From: an uncultured Actinomycetes bacterium
GTDB lineage: Bacteria; Actinomycetota; Actinomycetes; Nanopelagicales; Nanopelagicaceae
Assembly (NCBI GenBank): GCA_903890345.1
Contig: CAITAV010000071.1
Span: forward strand, 1-46,527
Reading direction: 5' to 3'
Length of the DNA: 46,527 nucleotides
In this document: positions 22,448 to 33,423 of the stretch, piece by piece
Numbering within the stretch: position 1 is the first letter of the stretch
Layout of the letters: every line of letters begins with the position of its first letter
Made by a program: the position numbers and the translations under genes
Notes under the pieces: generated by a model
What the model saw: only the letters and a program-made list of their open reading frames with translations
The model's database searches: none
Told to the model about the DNA's origin: nothing

Positions 22448-22977
22448 CGTAGGGTTGCCAATCGCTTTTTCTCGGCGGCTAGCGCTGTTTTGATTTTTGA
22501 ATCCGCAGAGCCGCGCCAAATATGACAGATGGCAAGTGCAAGTGCATCAGCGCTATCTGCTGGCTTAGGAATTTCTTGTAAATTCAATAGACGTTTAACC
22601 ATTTCCGATACTTGAGCTTTATTTGCTCGACCAGAACCGGTAACTGCAGCCTTGACTTCACTCGGTGTATGTAAAAACACTGGGACACCGTGCTGTGCCG
22701 CAACTAGTAATGCGATTCCTGCGGCTTGCGCCGTACCCATAACAGTGCGCACGTTGTGTTGTGAGAAAACTCTTTCAACAGCGATGACATCAGGTGAGTA
22801 CTTCTCTACCCATTCTGTAATCTGCGAATGAAGTTTAAGTAAGCGATGATCTAGATCTAATTCTGTGCCAGTCATAATTACGCCGACGCCATTGAGGGTC
22901 AAAGCAGATCCTGGAGTGCCCGAAACAATGCCGACTCCACATCTAGTCAGACCGGGGTCGATTCCAAGAACTCGCAT
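22444..22977 (-). CDS. ruvC: Crossover junction endodeoxyribonuclease RuvC
   Basis: GIDPG, E.VF, VK.AVTGSG.A.K.QV, D.ADALA.A.CH. Confidence 0.97.
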   Translation of the reverse strand: MRVLGIDPGLTRCGVGIVSGTPGSALTLNGVGVIMTGTELDLDHRLLKLHSQITEWVEKYSPDVIAVERVFSQHNVRTVMGTAQAAGIALLVAAQHGVPVFLHTPSEVKAAVTGSGRANKAQVSEMVKRLLNLQEIPKPADSADALALAICHIWRGSADSKIKTALAAEKKRLATLR

Positions 22978-23007
22978 GGCGCAAGCCTAAGAGGTGGGGC
23001 GAAAAAA

Positions 23008-23760
23008 TTAAGCCAGGCTCGCCATTACTTCATCTGATACATCAGCATTACTGAAGACATTTTGCACATCATCTAGCTCTTCGATCGCATCGATAAGTTC
23101 GAAAACTTTCGTCGCTGATTCGGCATCCAAATCAATAGTCATGGATGGAATGAAAGAAGAATCTGCAGATTCGTAATCTATCCCTGCACTTTGTAGTGCT
23201 GTGCGCGCTGTGACTAAATCACTTGCTTCACAAACGATTTCAAATGCTTCACCATTATCGTTAACTTCTTCGGCGCCGGCTTCAAGAACTGCTTCAAGAA
23301 TAGATTCTTCAGTTACACCTGATGCTTTATTCACAATGATCAAACCTTTGCGATGAAACAGATATGAAACTGAACCAGGATCGGCCATCGAACCGCCGTT
23401 ACGGGTGACAGCGACTCGGACTTCAGATGCAGCGCGATTTCGGTTATCTGATAAACATTCGATCATGATTGCCACACCATGTGGTCCGTAGCCTTCATAC
23501 ATAATCGTTTGCCAATCAGAGCCACCAGATTCAAGGCCAGCTCCGCGCTTAATTGCACGATCAATATTGTCTGCCGGCATTGAATTCTTCTTCGCCTTAG
23601 CGACAGCGTCAAAAAGTGTTGGGTTGCCATCCATATCTGGACCACCGTTACGCGAAGCTACTTCAATTGCTTTGATTAGCTTCGCAAAATTCTTAGCACG
23701 ACGACCATCGATGACAGCCTTTTTATGCTTTGTAGTTGCCCACTTGGAATGGCCGGACAT
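23008..23760 (-). CDS. yebC: YebC/PmpR family protein
   Basis: [33 protein letters not shown]. Confidence 0.96.
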   Translation of the reverse strand: MSGHSKWATTKHKKAVIDGRRAKNFAKLIKAIEVASRNGGPDMDGNPTLFDAVAKAKKNSMPADNIDRAIKRGAGLESGGSDWQTIMYEGYGPHGVAIMIECLSDNRNRAASEVRVAVTRNGGSMADPGSVSYLFHRKGLIIVNKASGVTEESILEAVLEAGAEEVNDNGEAFEIVCEASDLVTARTALQSAGIDYESADSSFIPSMTIDLDAESATKVFELIDAIEELDDVQNVFSNADVSDEVMASLA

Positions 23761-23821
23761 TTAACACCTCACCTGAAAGATTGTTTGTACATGCTTACTT
23801 TATCGTAATTTTAAGTAATTT

Positions 23822-24427
23822 CTATAAGCAAACTTTGTCGAGGAAATACCTATGAACGCTGTAGTCATCAGTAATTTCAGGATGAAAAGCCGTTGCCAAT
23901 AAATGCCCCTGACGCACAGCAACTGGATGGGATGCACCACCTGCGCCTTCGTAACTCGCTAAGACTTCGACGTTTTTGCCAACTTTTTCAACCCATGGAG
24001 CTCTAATAAAAATTGCATGTATCGGAGAACCAGAAATTGCCGGTGCAGAAATGTCGCATTCAAATGAATCCACTTGCCGCCCGAAAGCATTGCGGCGAAC
24101 AGTGATATCAATTCCTCCAAATGTTTCTTGTCCATCTTTTGCAGCGACAATGTGATCTGCCAACATAATCATTCCGGCACAGGAGCCATATGTTGGCATG
24201 CCTGCTGCAATTCGCTTTTTTATTGGTTCGAAAACTTCAAAAGTTTTGGCGAGAGAAACAATCGTTGTTGATTCTCCACCCGGGATTATGAGTGCATCAA
24301 TTTTTTCTAACTCAGCAGGAGTACGAACCTCAATGCCTTGGACTCCGCATTGCGCCAAAGCATTTAAGTGTTCGCGAAAATCACCCTGTAAAGCTAGAAC
24401 GCCAACCTGCAAGTTTTTTACTACCAA
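23822..24427 (-). CDS. pdxT: PLP synthase glutaminase subunit
   Basis: [41 protein letters not shown]; exact start uncertain. Confidence 0.96.
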   Translation of the reverse strand: MVVKNLQVGVLALQGDFREHLNALAQCGVQGIEVRTPAELEKIDALIIPGGESTTIVSLAKTFEVFEPIKKRIAAGMPTYGSCAGMIMLADHIVAAKDGQETFGGIDITVRRNAFGRQVDSFECDISAPAISGSPIHAIFIRAPWVEKVGKNVEVLASYEGAGGASHPVAVRQGHLLATAFHPEITDDYSVHRYFLDKVCL

Positions 24428-25308
24428 CCACGTTCAGAGAGGCGATGCGGTGCTGGAAGATCTGCAACATTTATGCCGACCATAGCTTCACCGAGTCCAC
24501 GTGACGCATCCGCAATAACTTTTGCATCTGTAAAGGCAGTTGTTGCTTTAACGCAAGCTTCTGCTCGTCGCTTTGGATCTCCAGATTTGAAGATACCTGA
24601 ACCAATGAACACGCCATCAGCGCCCATCTGCATCATTAGTGCAGCATCGGCTGGAGTGGCAATGCCACCTGCTGTAAATAGAACAACTGGAAGCTTGCCA
24701 TTTGCTGCAACTTCTTTAACTAAATCAAAAGGCGCCTGCATTTCTTTTGCAGCGACATAGAGTTCGTCTTCGCGCATAGAAGTTAGACGACGAATTTCTC
24801 CGCCAATTTGGCGCATGTGTGTCATTGCATTTGAAACATCGCCGGTTCCGGCTTCGCCCTTTGAGCGAATCATTGCCGCACCTTCATTGATGCGACGAAG
24901 TGCTTCACCCAAATTTGTTGCACCGCAAACAAAAGGAATCGTGAAATCCCACTTGTTAATGTGATTGGCATAATCAGTTGGAGTGAGAACTTCAGATTCA
25001 TCAATAAAATCAACACCTAAGCTTTGAAGAATTTGTGCTTCGACAAAGTGACCAATGCGTGCCTTAGCCATTACAGGAATTGAAACCGCTGCTTGAATCG
25101 CAGCAATCATGTCTGGATCAGACATGCGTGCTACTCCACCTTGCGCACGGATATCAGCCGGAACTCTTTCAAGTGCCATAACAGCAACAGCGCCAGCATC
25201 TTCGGCAATTTTTGCTTGCTCAACATTGACAACATCCATGATGACGCCGCCCTTAAGCATTTCTGCCATTCCGCGTTTAACGCGTGATGTTCCGCTTTCC
25301 TGTGCCAT
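24421..25308 (-). CDS. pdxS: PLP synthase lyase subunit
   Basis: [52 protein letters not shown] end. Confidence 0.98.
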   Translation of the reverse strand: MAQESGTSRVKRGMAEMLKGGVIMDVVNVEQAKIAEDAGAVAVMALERVPADIRAQGGVARMSDPDMIAAIQAAVSIPVMAKARIGHFVEAQILQSLGVDFIDESEVLTPTDYANHINKWDFTIPFVCGATNLGEALRRINEGAAMIRSKGEAGTGDVSNAMTHMRQIGGEIRRLTSMREDELYVAAKEMQAPFDLVKEVAANGKLPVVLFTAGGIATPADAALMMQMGADGVFIGSGIFKSGDPKRRAEACVKATTAFTDAKVIADASRGLGEAMVGINVADLPAPHRLSERGW

Positions 25309-25339
25309 TACAACTCCCTGTATGAATAGGGGGCTAATA

Positions 25340-26371
25340 CTACTTTGAAGTTGGAGTTGGCGCGCTCACAGGTTTGCGCGTGAAATCTGGCTCTTTGTCC
25401 GTAAGGGCAACCCACACTTGTCCTGGTGCGAACTTTATTTCTGCCCCAGTTGCATCTGTCCACGTTGTTGGCGATAAAACATCTGGGCGATTCCACGTTG
25501 CTTGGATCACAGTGCCATTGCGCAGAACATATGCCTTTCCCGTTCCTACTGTTTGAGAGAACGGTGTGTTTCCGCCGAACTTATCTCCGTACTCAGAAGG
25601 CGTGATTGAAACTAATTGAATAACTAATGTAGTTGGACCTAAGTTTTTTCCTAGATCAGAAATATCAGGAATTGAGTTCACACTTAAAAGCCACCGGCTG
25701 CTGGTGCTATCCCATCTGGCAGAATATTTTTGTGCTGGCCAGTGCATCGTGGCATCGAGAATTTCGAAACCCTCGTTCTCCAATTCATCTGAAAAGTTCC
25801 AGCCAATATTTCTCGCTGGATCAATGACAGTTGCTTTACTGACTTCATTTGCCATCAACGTTTGTGCATTGAGAATCATGGCATATGGCTGAATTCGATT
25901 TGGATCCGTTTCATAAAAAGTAGGACCTCGCTTCATCGCACCAACATCTGAAAGCTGTGCAGCAGCGATGACTGGAAGTAATTTGTGTTGTGCACCGCTG
26001 TATGCAAATGCGACATGACCGTACTGCGCAAGCAGATCGATATCGCTAATGCGTGCACTACGAACAGGTCCTATGCGCACTGGGATATTCGAAGAAAACA
26101 CTGCTGCCAATCTCGTAAGTCCGCCTTCTACTTGTTCGATGTAAACCACATCTGCGAACTCCAAGCCAACCTGAGGACGCGCACTAGCTGTGTCATCTAT
26201 TTTTACAACCAATACTGGACCGTTCTCACCCTCTCGACCGCTGAGTACATTTGTTTGAACTGGATCTGAAATCAGCTGAGAAACACTCTGTGAGATAGAG
26301 GCGCAACCGGCAGTGCTTAGTACAGCCGCACACGCAGCCATGACAAACAAACTTTTCGTCTTAGAGAACAT
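25340..26371 (-). CDS. DUF3048 (YerB-like) putative lipoprotein
   Basis: Likely start at 26371; signal peptide with lipobox-like STAGC; VKIDD...ARPQ.GL..ADVVY.E.VEGG.TRL, GPVRSAR, PGQVWV. Confidence 0.82.
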   Translation of the reverse strand: MFSKTKSLFVMAACAAVLSTAGCASISQSVSQLISDPVQTNVLSGREGENGPVLVVKIDDTASARPQVGLEFADVVYIEQVEGGLTRLAAVFSSNIPVRIGPVRSARISDIDLLAQYGHVAFAYSGAQHKLLPVIAAAQLSDVGAMKRGPTFYETDPNRIQPYAMILNAQTLMANEVSKATVIDPARNIGWNFSDELENEGFEILDATMHWPAQKYSARWDSTSSRWLLSVNSIPDISDLGKNLGPTTLVIQLVSITPSEYGDKFGGNTPFSQTVGTGKAYVLRNGTVIQATWNRPDVLSPTTWTDATGAEIKFAPGQVWVALTDKEPDFTRKPVSAPTPTSK

Positions 26372-26864
26372 CAGTTTCAAACTCGTAGGTAATTGGTAGC
26401 GGCGCTGTTCCAGCCAAGCGAAAAACACGAACAATCGTTTTGCTGCGCACTAAATGTGTTCTTGCCACTGCGTCAACGTGTAAAGCAATTGCAATTCTGA
26501 CTTTATCCGTTAATTCAGATAATTCACGGAGCAAAACTATTTCTGCAGGGCGTTGGCTGCTCTGGCCATCAGCGAGCAAAAGTCCCAATGCGCCAGACAA
26601 TCCGCTTTCTGCAGCAGATCTATTTTCAATGCTCGCTTCACGGGCTTGGTATGCAGCAGCCGTCAAGAGCATCGCAGATGCGGGATCGGCAATTTCGCTT
26701 CGAGCGATTTCAAGTGCGATTGCTGCTCGACGTTGCAGCAGGCCATCTAGATTCGCCCAACTTGTTTCTACGCGATGATGTAATCGATCTAAACGAGTTG
26801 CCAAAAAAGTTAAGTACCAAACAAATACCAAAAGGAAGATACCAACGATCACAAAAGTCTTCAC
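26361..26864 (-). CDS. Conserved actinobacterial membrane-anchored protein (LemA-like) downstream of pimA
   Basis: N-terminal TM, RLDRLH.R, L.RRA, R..AES.LS, RLAG.AP.P..FE. Confidence 0.7.
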   Translation of the reverse strand: MKTFVIVGIFLLVFVWYLTFLATRLDRLHHRVETSWANLDGLLQRRAAIALEIARSEIADPASAMLLTAAAYQAREASIENRSAAESGLSGALGLLLADGQSSQRPAEIVLLRELSELTDKVRIAIALHVDAVARTHLVRSKTIVRVFRLAGTAPLPITYEFETDVL

Positions 26865-28052
26865 TTATGCATCCCCCCGTTGATCGCGTCCGATGAATCT
26901 ACTCCATGCACGATTTTCTGATGCGAGGCGAACTTTTTCACCACTTACTAATGACATTTCATAGATTGAGAAAATTTGATCCGCAACTACTTTCCAATCA
27001 AATTGCTGGGCATGTTTTTTGCCTGCCTTACCTAGTGCGATTCTGCGTTCGTCATCGCGCAATAAATCAATTACTCGTTTAGCCAGATCCGTTGAACTTT
27101 CAGATTCGAATAGTTCACCAAACTCGCCGTGATTTAGAAGTGAATCAAATGCAGGAATATCACTGGCTACAACTGTGGCGCCTCCCGCGAGGGCCTCGGC
27201 CAAAATAATTCCAAAGGATTCTCCCCCAGTATTTGGGGCAACATAGAGTGAAATTGAAGCCAGAAAATTAGCTTTATCTTGTTCCGAGATTTTTCCTAGA
27301 AAAGTAAATCGGGACCGCAACTGCGGATCAATTGATTCGATGACATCTTTGGTATCACCAGGACCTGCGACAAAAACTCGAACATCCGGTGCGAATCTAG
27401 AAATTATTGGCAGTGCATCTACTAAAACAGAGAGTCCTTTGCGAGGTTCTTCAAATCGTCCGATGAATCCCAATGTATTTGTCTGCCACTGCGCTTGGGC
27501 AACACCATCTCTATATCGGTCTGCATAAATTCCATTAGGTATTACAACTGCATCTGTTTCAAGGTGTTCAGTGAGCGTTTCGCGAGCTGCCTCGCTAACA
27601 GCAATACGTGCAGATAGTTTTTCGATTACTGGTTCTAGAATCGGACCAATTGCAAAAATTGCTTTCTGTCTCTTAGCGGCTGCATGAAAAGTTCCAACCA
27701 TCGGTCCTTCTGCGGCCCAGCACGCCAATAATGAAATAGAAGGAATTGCTGGTTCATGTAGATGCAAAATATCGAAATCACCTTGCGCTATCCATTGGCG
27801 CACTCGAGCAAATGCAATTGGCCCAAATAGAACGCGAGCCACTGCTCCGTTATACGGAATCGCAATTGGTTTTCCAGCACTTGTTACGTAATCCGGAATC
27901 TTTGTTTCATCGATTACTGGCGCCAATACTGAAATGTCATGGCCTGCAGCGATTAAGTACTCAGCCAAATCGCGCACGTGATTTTGTACACCACCTGGTG
28001 TATCCCAGCCATATGGACAAACAATTCCAATTTTGAGCGAACGAGTAAGCAT
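26865..28052 (-). CDS. pimA: Phosphatidylinositol alpha-mannosyltransferase (GT4)
   Basis: CPY.W..PGGVQ.H, PYNGAVA, HLHEP, EPRKG, GGESFGI.L.EA; in the pgsA-patA-pimA operon. Confidence 0.93.
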   Translation of the reverse strand: MLTRSLKIGIVCPYGWDTPGGVQNHVRDLAEYLIAAGHDISVLAPVIDETKIPDYVTSAGKPIAIPYNGAVARVLFGPIAFARVRQWIAQGDFDILHLHEPAIPSISLLACWAAEGPMVGTFHAAAKRQKAIFAIGPILEPVIEKLSARIAVSEAARETLTEHLETDAVVIPNGIYADRYRDGVAQAQWQTNTLGFIGRFEEPRKGLSVLVDALPIISRFAPDVRVFVAGPGDTKDVIESIDPQLRSRFTFLGKISEQDKANFLASISLYVAPNTGGESFGIILAEALAGGATVVASDIPAFDSLLNHGEFGELFESESSTDLAKRVIDLLRDDERRIALGKAGKKHAQQFDWKVVADQIFSIYEMSLVSGEKVRLASENRAWSRFIGRDQRGDA

Positions 28053-28936
28053 TACATTCGCTCCTTGAAATCTTCATCAATCCAAATTCTTTGAAGCATG
28101 TGCCAATCTTGAGGATATTGACTAATACCGTGGGCAAAATTATCCGCAGACTTCTGAACCAGCACTGAAACTTTTTCTTCTTGTGTTCCATTTTCTGGAA
28201 CTTTGATTTCATCGAAAGTGATATGAATTCCGCGTTCTGTGTAATTAACATAAGCAGTCAATAAAACAGCGTTTGTTTTAATTGCTAATACTGCAGGACC
28301 TGCTGGCATGCGAGCAGGGTGTCCAAAGAAATTCACATCAATTCCAGATTTTGATAAGTCTCGGTCTGCGACAAGAGCAACTAAATGTCCTTCTCTTAAC
28401 CGCTGCGCCAAAGTGGCAATAGATCTGGAATCAAGTGCCAGAACTTCCATGCCCATTGCTTGCCTGTATCGAAGAAATTCAAGAAACAATCGCTCTGGTT
28501 TAAGTCGCTCGGCAACCGTTACAAGATGTATTCCCTTAAGGCAAAAATATGCACCGGCGTGGTCCCAGTTGCCGGCGTGAGGCAAAGAGACAATCACTCC
28601 TCGACCACTTGTAATTGCATCTAGAAGTAAGTTTTCTCTTGTAACAGTTACTGTGGAATTTATGCGTTCCTTATCCCAATTTGGAAATCTGAAGGTGTCA
28701 CACCAATACCTCATGTATGAAGACATGGCGTCAGCAAGAAGTATCTGCATCTGTGATTCTGTGGCTTCTGGCTTTACTCGTGCCAAATTACTGCGCAAAC
28801 GCGCAACGCTCTTTGGATTTCGCTTAACTAAAAATCGTGCGCCTCGATCAAATAGCGCATACGCCGAAGATTCAGGCAAAGTGCGTAATACTTTCCAGGC
28901 GAAGATATATGCCCATCCAACGAAACTTTCTTTCAT
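28052..28936 (-). CDS. patA: Phosphatidylinositol mannoside acyltransferase
   Basis: SYMRYWC.TFR, PHAGNWD (HxxxxD), ERLKPE, ADRDL, DWHMLQ..W. Confidence 0.92.
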   Translation of the reverse strand: MKESFVGWAYIFAWKVLRTLPESSAYALFDRGARFLVKRNPKSVARLRSNLARVKPEATESQMQILLADAMSSYMRYWCDTFRFPNWDKERINSTVTVTRENLLLDAITSGRGVIVSLPHAGNWDHAGAYFCLKGIHLVTVAERLKPERLFLEFLRYRQAMGMEVLALDSRSIATLAQRLREGHLVALVADRDLSKSGIDVNFFGHPARMPAGPAVLAIKTNAVLLTAYVNYTERGIHITFDEIKVPENGTQEEKVSVLVQKSADNFAHGISQYPQDWHMLQRIWIDEDFKERM

Positions 28937-28937
28937 A

Positions 28938-29531
28938 TTAAATCGCGCGTTTTACAATAATTAATCGTTGAAAAGTTGTTATCACGCCAAGTATTGCAAG
29001 CACCCATGCACTTATCGAAAGTGCGTATGGCACGCCTAGCCCATGAAATCCTGTTCCGACTAAAACGATGATCGCTCGTTCTGTACGCTCGGCGATACCG
29101 CCGCTACAAGTGATATTCATGCTCTCAGCTTTTGCTCGTATGTATGGAATTAGCATTCCGGTAACAATGCAGACTAAATAAATAATTGAAAGGTGATCGT
29201 CTTCTTGAATCAAATAAATTGCTACTGCGCAGAGAACAGCTGAATCAGAAATTCTGTCAACCGTTGAATCTAAAAATGCGCCCCATTTACTTGCGCCCCT
29301 TGAACTAATACGAGCCATCGCACCATCAAAGAGATCGCTGAGCATGAAAAAACTAATAACAAGCGTTCCTACAAAGAACTCTCCTTGAGGAAAGAAATAG
29401 AACGCACTGATCACAACGCACGCTGCTCCTATTGCAGTAACCGCGTTCGGTGTTAATCCGATTCGTAGGAAGAATCGGGCCACCGGTGAAATTATTCGTG
29501 TGACCGCAGGTTTTAAAACTTCGCTAATCAT
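28938..29531 (-). CDS. pgsA: Phosphatidylinositol phosphate synthase (CDP-alcohol phosphatidyltransferase)
   Basis: TPNAVT, D.FDGAMAR, GAFLDS..DR..D, YIRAKAE, ERTER; likely start ATG 29531. Confidence 0.93.
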   Translation of the reverse strand: MISEVLKPAVTRIISPVARFFLRIGLTPNAVTAIGAACVVISAFYFFPQGEFFVGTLVISFFMLSDLFDGAMARISSRGASKWGAFLDSTVDRISDSAVLCAVAIYLIQEDDHLSIIYLVCIVTGMLIPYIRAKAESMNITCSGGIAERTERAIIVLVGTGFHGLGVPYALSISAWVLAILGVITTFQRLIIVKRAI

Positions 29532-29554
29532 TAGGTACATATTAGGCTCAGGCC

Positions 29555-30139
29555 ATGCCAACTCATAGTCAGCAACTACGTATCAGCGTGTATGGGCATC
29601 CGAGCGCGCATCCAGAATCTGTGGCTGACCTCTTTGGCGGTACCTATAACACTGATGCCAGCGGCTCTGAAGAGGTCGCGATATTTGTCATTAATCCAAA
29701 CTCCGGTGTTGACGAAAAAACCGTTTCTAATTGGGTAGCTCTAGATGAGTTTCAAACTCCTCGACTCATTGTTGTTACGAATATAGAAAGCGGCGAAGCA
29801 GATTTCGATGATGCAGTTCTACTGGCGAACCGCCTCTTTGATCAAGTGGTTACGCCCTTTTTGGTATTGCATGATGATTCCGGTGCTCCCTGCGCTTTGA
29901 TTAGTTTAGAGACAGAGGAAATTACTGATTACTCAAGTAATCCTTCAACGGTAATTCCTAGCGAACCCGAACATAAAACATTGGTCAGCGAATTTGTTGA
30001 TGAGTACAAATCTCACATGGCAGTGATGGGCGAAGGATCTTTTGCGGCTGGATTACTTTTCCCCGCAATTCCGGTGTGGATCGAAAAAAATATTGGCGTT
30101 GATATTGTTAAGCAGTATCTAGCAGAAATTAATCGTTAA
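29555..30139 (+). CDS. Truncated EF-G2 (FusA2)-derived protein: G/G' domain fragment with degenerate P-loop
   Basis: AIFVI....GVD..T...W......PRLIVVT......ADFD......R.F...V.P.L.L..D...LISL....I.DYS resembles the actinobacterial EF-G2 G domain; sits where EF-G2 lies (divergent from pgsA, convergent with HIT); only 194 aa. Confidence 0.6.
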   Translation: MPTHSQQLRISVYGHPSAHPESVADLFGGTYNTDASGSEEVAIFVINPNSGVDEKTVSNWVALDEFQTPRLIVVTNIESGEADFDDAVLLANRLFDQVVTPFLVLHDDSGAPCALISLETEEITDYSSNPSTVIPSEPEHKTLVSEFVDEYKSHMAVMGEGSFAAGLLFPAIPVWIEKNIGVDIVKQYLAEINR

Positions 30140-30662
30140 CCCACCCTGCAGCAAGGTCGCTACGTGTTTGAGCTAACAACTGTGGCAAAACCTTTGTCTG
30201 ACCAATAATTGGCATGAAGTTGGCATCTCCGCCCCACCGCGGCACAACGTGTTGGTGAATATGCTCTGCAACTCCAGCGCCAGATAGTGCGCCTTGGTTC
30301 ATACCAAGATTAAATCCTGCCGCATTGGAAACCTTGCGCAGAGTTTTCATTGCTTGTGCGCTTAAGAATGAAATTTCATTGCGTTCGATTTCGGATAAAT
30401 CTGTTAAATCAGCAACGTGTCGATAAGCACAAATTAGTAAATGGCCCGCGTTATATGGATATAAATTCATGACGACGTAAGCGCTTTGACCACGATGGAC
30501 AATGAGTCCGTCTTCATCACTAAGGGACGGAATTATGCAGAAGGGGCATGCAACGCTATTTCCTTCAAGTGGTCTGTTCTCACCTTTTAAATAATCCATG
30601 CGGTGCGGGGCCCACAAACGCGACCATGCATCAGGAATTCCTGCTCCACCTTCTAAATGCAT
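30129..30662 (-). CDS. HIT-family protein (Ap4A phosphorylase/hydrolase-like)
   Basis: RLWAPHRM.Y, CPFC, NLYPYNAGH, GFNLGMNQG..SGAG, HIHQHVVPRW.GD.NF; follows thrS. Confidence 0.92.
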   Translation of the reverse strand: MHLEGGAGIPDAWSRLWAPHRMDYLKGENRPLEGNSVACPFCIIPSLSDEDGLIVHRGQSAYVVMNLYPYNAGHLLICAYRHVADLTDLSEIERNEISFLSAQAMKTLRKVSNAAGFNLGMNQGALSGAGVAEHIHQHVVPRWGGDANFMPIIGQTKVLPQLLAQTRSDLAAGWVND

Positions 30663-32651
30663 TTAAACCTGGATTCGCTTCGTGACCGCTTCTTTAATCT
30701 CTTTAATTGCATCGGCAATCGGAATTCCGTTTTTCTGTTCGCCATTTCTATATCTAAATGACACTGCGCCGGCCTTTTGATCTTCTTCTCCGGCAATAAC
30801 CATGAATGGAACCTTTTGCATTTGTGCGTTGCGAACTTTTTTCTGCATACGATCATCGGATGCATCGAGTTCGGCGCGGATACCAGCTTTTTTCATCTGC
30901 GCCATAACATCGGCTAAATAATCCGCAAATGCATCTGCAACCGGTATTCCAACTGCCTGAAGCGGTGCGAGCCATGGTGGAAACGCACCCGAATAATGCT
31001 CGGTTAAAACACCGAAGAATCTTTCAATAGAACCAAAAAGGGCGCGGTGGATCATGACAGGACGTTGACGTGTTCCATCCGCTGCTGAGTACTCGAGTTC
31101 GAAACGTTGTGGCAATTGAAAATCAACTTGGATCGTTGACATCTGCCATGTGCGCCCAATGGCATCTTTTGCTTGAACAGAAATCTTAGGTCCGTAAAAA
31201 GCTGCGCCACCTTCATCGAGCACCAGCTCTAATTTCTGCGCTTCCGCGGCTTTGCGAAGCGCTTCTGTTGCCTCCGCCCAATCTTTATCTTCGCCCACAG
31301 ATTTCTCTGGGTTGCGAGTAGATAGTTCGAGATAAAAATCGTTTAAGCCGTAGTCACGCAATAAATTAAGTACGAAAGTTAATAAAGAATCGAGTTCTGC
31401 AGGCATCTGCTCTTTTGTGCAATAAATATGCGCATCATCCTGGGTGAAGCCGCGGGCGCGTGTAAGTCCGTGCATCACACCAGATTTTTCGTAACGATAG
31501 ACAGTTCCAAATTCAAATAAACGAAGTGGTAATTCGCGATAAGAACGACCTCGTGCGCGGAAAATCAAATTATGGAAAGGACAGTTCATTGGCTTCATGT
31601 AGTACTGCTGTCCAGCCTTTTTAATCGTTCCATCCGGATGGTGTTCTTCATCCAAAATCATTGGTGGATACATTCCTTCTGAATACCAATCCAAGTGACC
31701 AGAAGTTTCAAAGAGTGCAGCTTTTGTTAAGTGCGGTGAATAAACAAACTCATAGCCTTCTTCTTCGTGGCGAACGCGCGAATAATCTTCCATCGCACGG
31801 CGCACGATGCCGCCTTTGGGATGAAAAACAGCCAAGCCAGAACCAATTTCTTCTGGGAATGAAAATAGATCTAACTCATTTCCGAGTCGACGGTGATCGC
31901 GTTTTTCAGCCTCTGCCAATAATTCAAGGTGAGCATTTAATTCATCCTGTGTAGGCCACGCAGTTCCGTAAATTCTTTGCAGCATTGGATTTTTCTCTGA
32001 ACCGCGCCAATATGCTGCAGCACTTCTCATCAACTTAAATGCAGGAATATGTTTTGTAGATGGCAGGTGTGGACCGCGACATAAATCACTCCACACAGCT
32101 TGTCCATCGCGGCCTAAATTGTCATAAATAGTAAGTTCTGCCCCGCCAACTTCAACACTTGCTTCATCACCGGCGCCAGATTTCAAACCAATGAGTTCGC
32201 ACTTATACGGCTCGTGCGCGAGTTCCTTGAGAGCATCTTTTTCTGTTGTAACGCGTCGTTTAAATCTTTGACCATCTTTAACAATCTTGCGCATAGCAGA
32301 TTCGATTTTTTCAAAATCATCTGGATTAAATGGACGCTCTGGATCAAAGTCATAATAAAAACCATCTGTGATGGGTGGACCGATTCCTAGCCGAGTTCCT
32401 GAAAAGACACTTTGGACAGCTTGTGCCATAACGTGAGCTGTTGAGTGGCGCAGAACTGCCAATCCTTCGGGTGAAGAAATTGATACAGAATCAATGACAT
32501 CTCCGGAAACAATGTCAGTCCAGAGATCTTTGAGTTCGCCATTTATTTTGCACACAACAACATCTTTACGTTCAGCAAAAATGTGAGTTGGTTTTTGATC
32601 TGCCGCAACGTTGACGGCAGCGCCATCAACGATGATTGAGAGCTCGGACAT
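30663..32651 (-). CDS. thrS: Threonine--tRNA ligase
   Basis: [55 protein letters not shown]. Confidence 0.98.
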   Translation of the reverse strand: MSELSIIVDGAAVNVAADQKPTHIFAERKDVVVCKINGELKDLWTDIVSGDVIDSVSISSPEGLAVLRHSTAHVMAQAVQSVFSGTRLGIGPPITDGFYYDFDPERPFNPDDFEKIESAMRKIVKDGQRFKRRVTTEKDALKELAHEPYKCELIGLKSGAGDEASVEVGGAELTIYDNLGRDGQAVWSDLCRGPHLPSTKHIPAFKLMRSAAAYWRGSEKNPMLQRIYGTAWPTQDELNAHLELLAEAEKRDHRRLGNELDLFSFPEEIGSGLAVFHPKGGIVRRAMEDYSRVRHEEEGYEFVYSPHLTKAALFETSGHLDWYSEGMYPPMILDEEHHPDGTIKKAGQQYYMKPMNCPFHNLIFRARGRSYRELPLRLFEFGTVYRYEKSGVMHGLTRARGFTQDDAHIYCTKEQMPAELDSLLTFVLNLLRDYGLNDFYLELSTRNPEKSVGEDKDWAEATEALRKAAEAQKLELVLDEGGAAFYGPKISVQAKDAIGRTWQMSTIQVDFQLPQRFELEYSAADGTRQRPVMIHRALFGSIERFFGVLTEHYSGAFPPWLAPLQAVGIPVADAFADYLADVMAQMKKAGIRAELDASDDRMQKKVRNAQMQKVPFMVIAGEEDQKAGAVSFRYRNGEQKNGIPIADAIKEIKEAVTKRIQV

Positions 32652-32655
32652 ACCC

Positions 32656-33423
32656 CTAGCCTACCGAAGTCCGTACGGCCATTTCTCGGATTTGTTGTGC
32701 AAATAATTGACTAACTTCTAAATCTGGCATCACTCGCCCATCAATACTTGCAACAGGTGCTGCAATTTTTAAACTAGATATCACGATGGCGGCCTGGACA
32801 TGCGAGAGATCATTGGTGTCAATTTTTCTGACCTTCACCGGTAAATTTTCTACAATTAACGCACGCATTACCCCAGGCAATACGCCTTGAACAATTGGCG
32901 GAGTAATCCACTTTCCATCGGTGTAAAAAATCAGATTAGACACTGCGCCCTCGCATACTTCGTGGTTGCTGTTAATCACAATGGCTTCATCGCAGCCCTG
33001 TTCTTTTGCAACATTCAATATTTCTAGTCTTGATGTATAGGGAAAAGTCTTAGCTGGCACACCTTTGATATCTATACGAACTGAATAGGTGCAGAGCTTT
33101 AAATTATGAGTTAGTTCTTCGTACGCATCATGTGTTGCAATGAAGGTGCCGTCCTGTTTAAAAAGTAATCGCAAGCGACCAATTGGATGTTTGACTTCTG
33201 CCAGTAATAGATCGATTGCTGTGCGCACTCGATCTTCACCAGGTATTTCAACGCCTACGCGCGCACTCGCATCAAGTGCTCGCCTCATATGGCGATTGAG
33301 TGCATACGGAACGGAACCGACAGTTTTTATCGTTTCAAATACTCCGAAACCATCTGGCCAATTATCTGGAGCCAGTTCAACTCCACTGGAATCAACAACG
33401 GCATCATCTAACCAAATTTTCAT
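32656..33423 (-). CDS. Class IV PLP enzyme, probable aminodeoxychorismate lyase (PabC-like)
   Basis: [26 protein letters not shown]; coupled to the PabB-like gene. Confidence 0.8.
   Translation of the reverse strand: MKIWLDDAVVDSSGVELAPDNWPDGFGVFETIKTVGSVPYALNRHMRRALDASARVGVEIPGEDRVRTAIDLLLAEVKHPIGRLRLLFKQDGTFIATHDAYEELTHNLKLCTYSVRIDIKGVPAKTFPYTSRLEILNVAKEQGCDEAIVINSNHEVCEGAVSNLIFYTDGKWITPPIVQGVLPGVMRALIVENLPVKVRKIDTNDLSHVQAAIVISSLKIAAPVASIDGRVMPDLEVSQLFAQQIREMAVRTSVG

Noticed and set aside
22984-23005. PafBC/RecA-NDp DNA-damage promoter motif upstream of ruvC
   Set aside because: The upstream element is TTTCGC at 9-nt spacing rather than TGTCRG at 10 nt; only the -10 box is supported.
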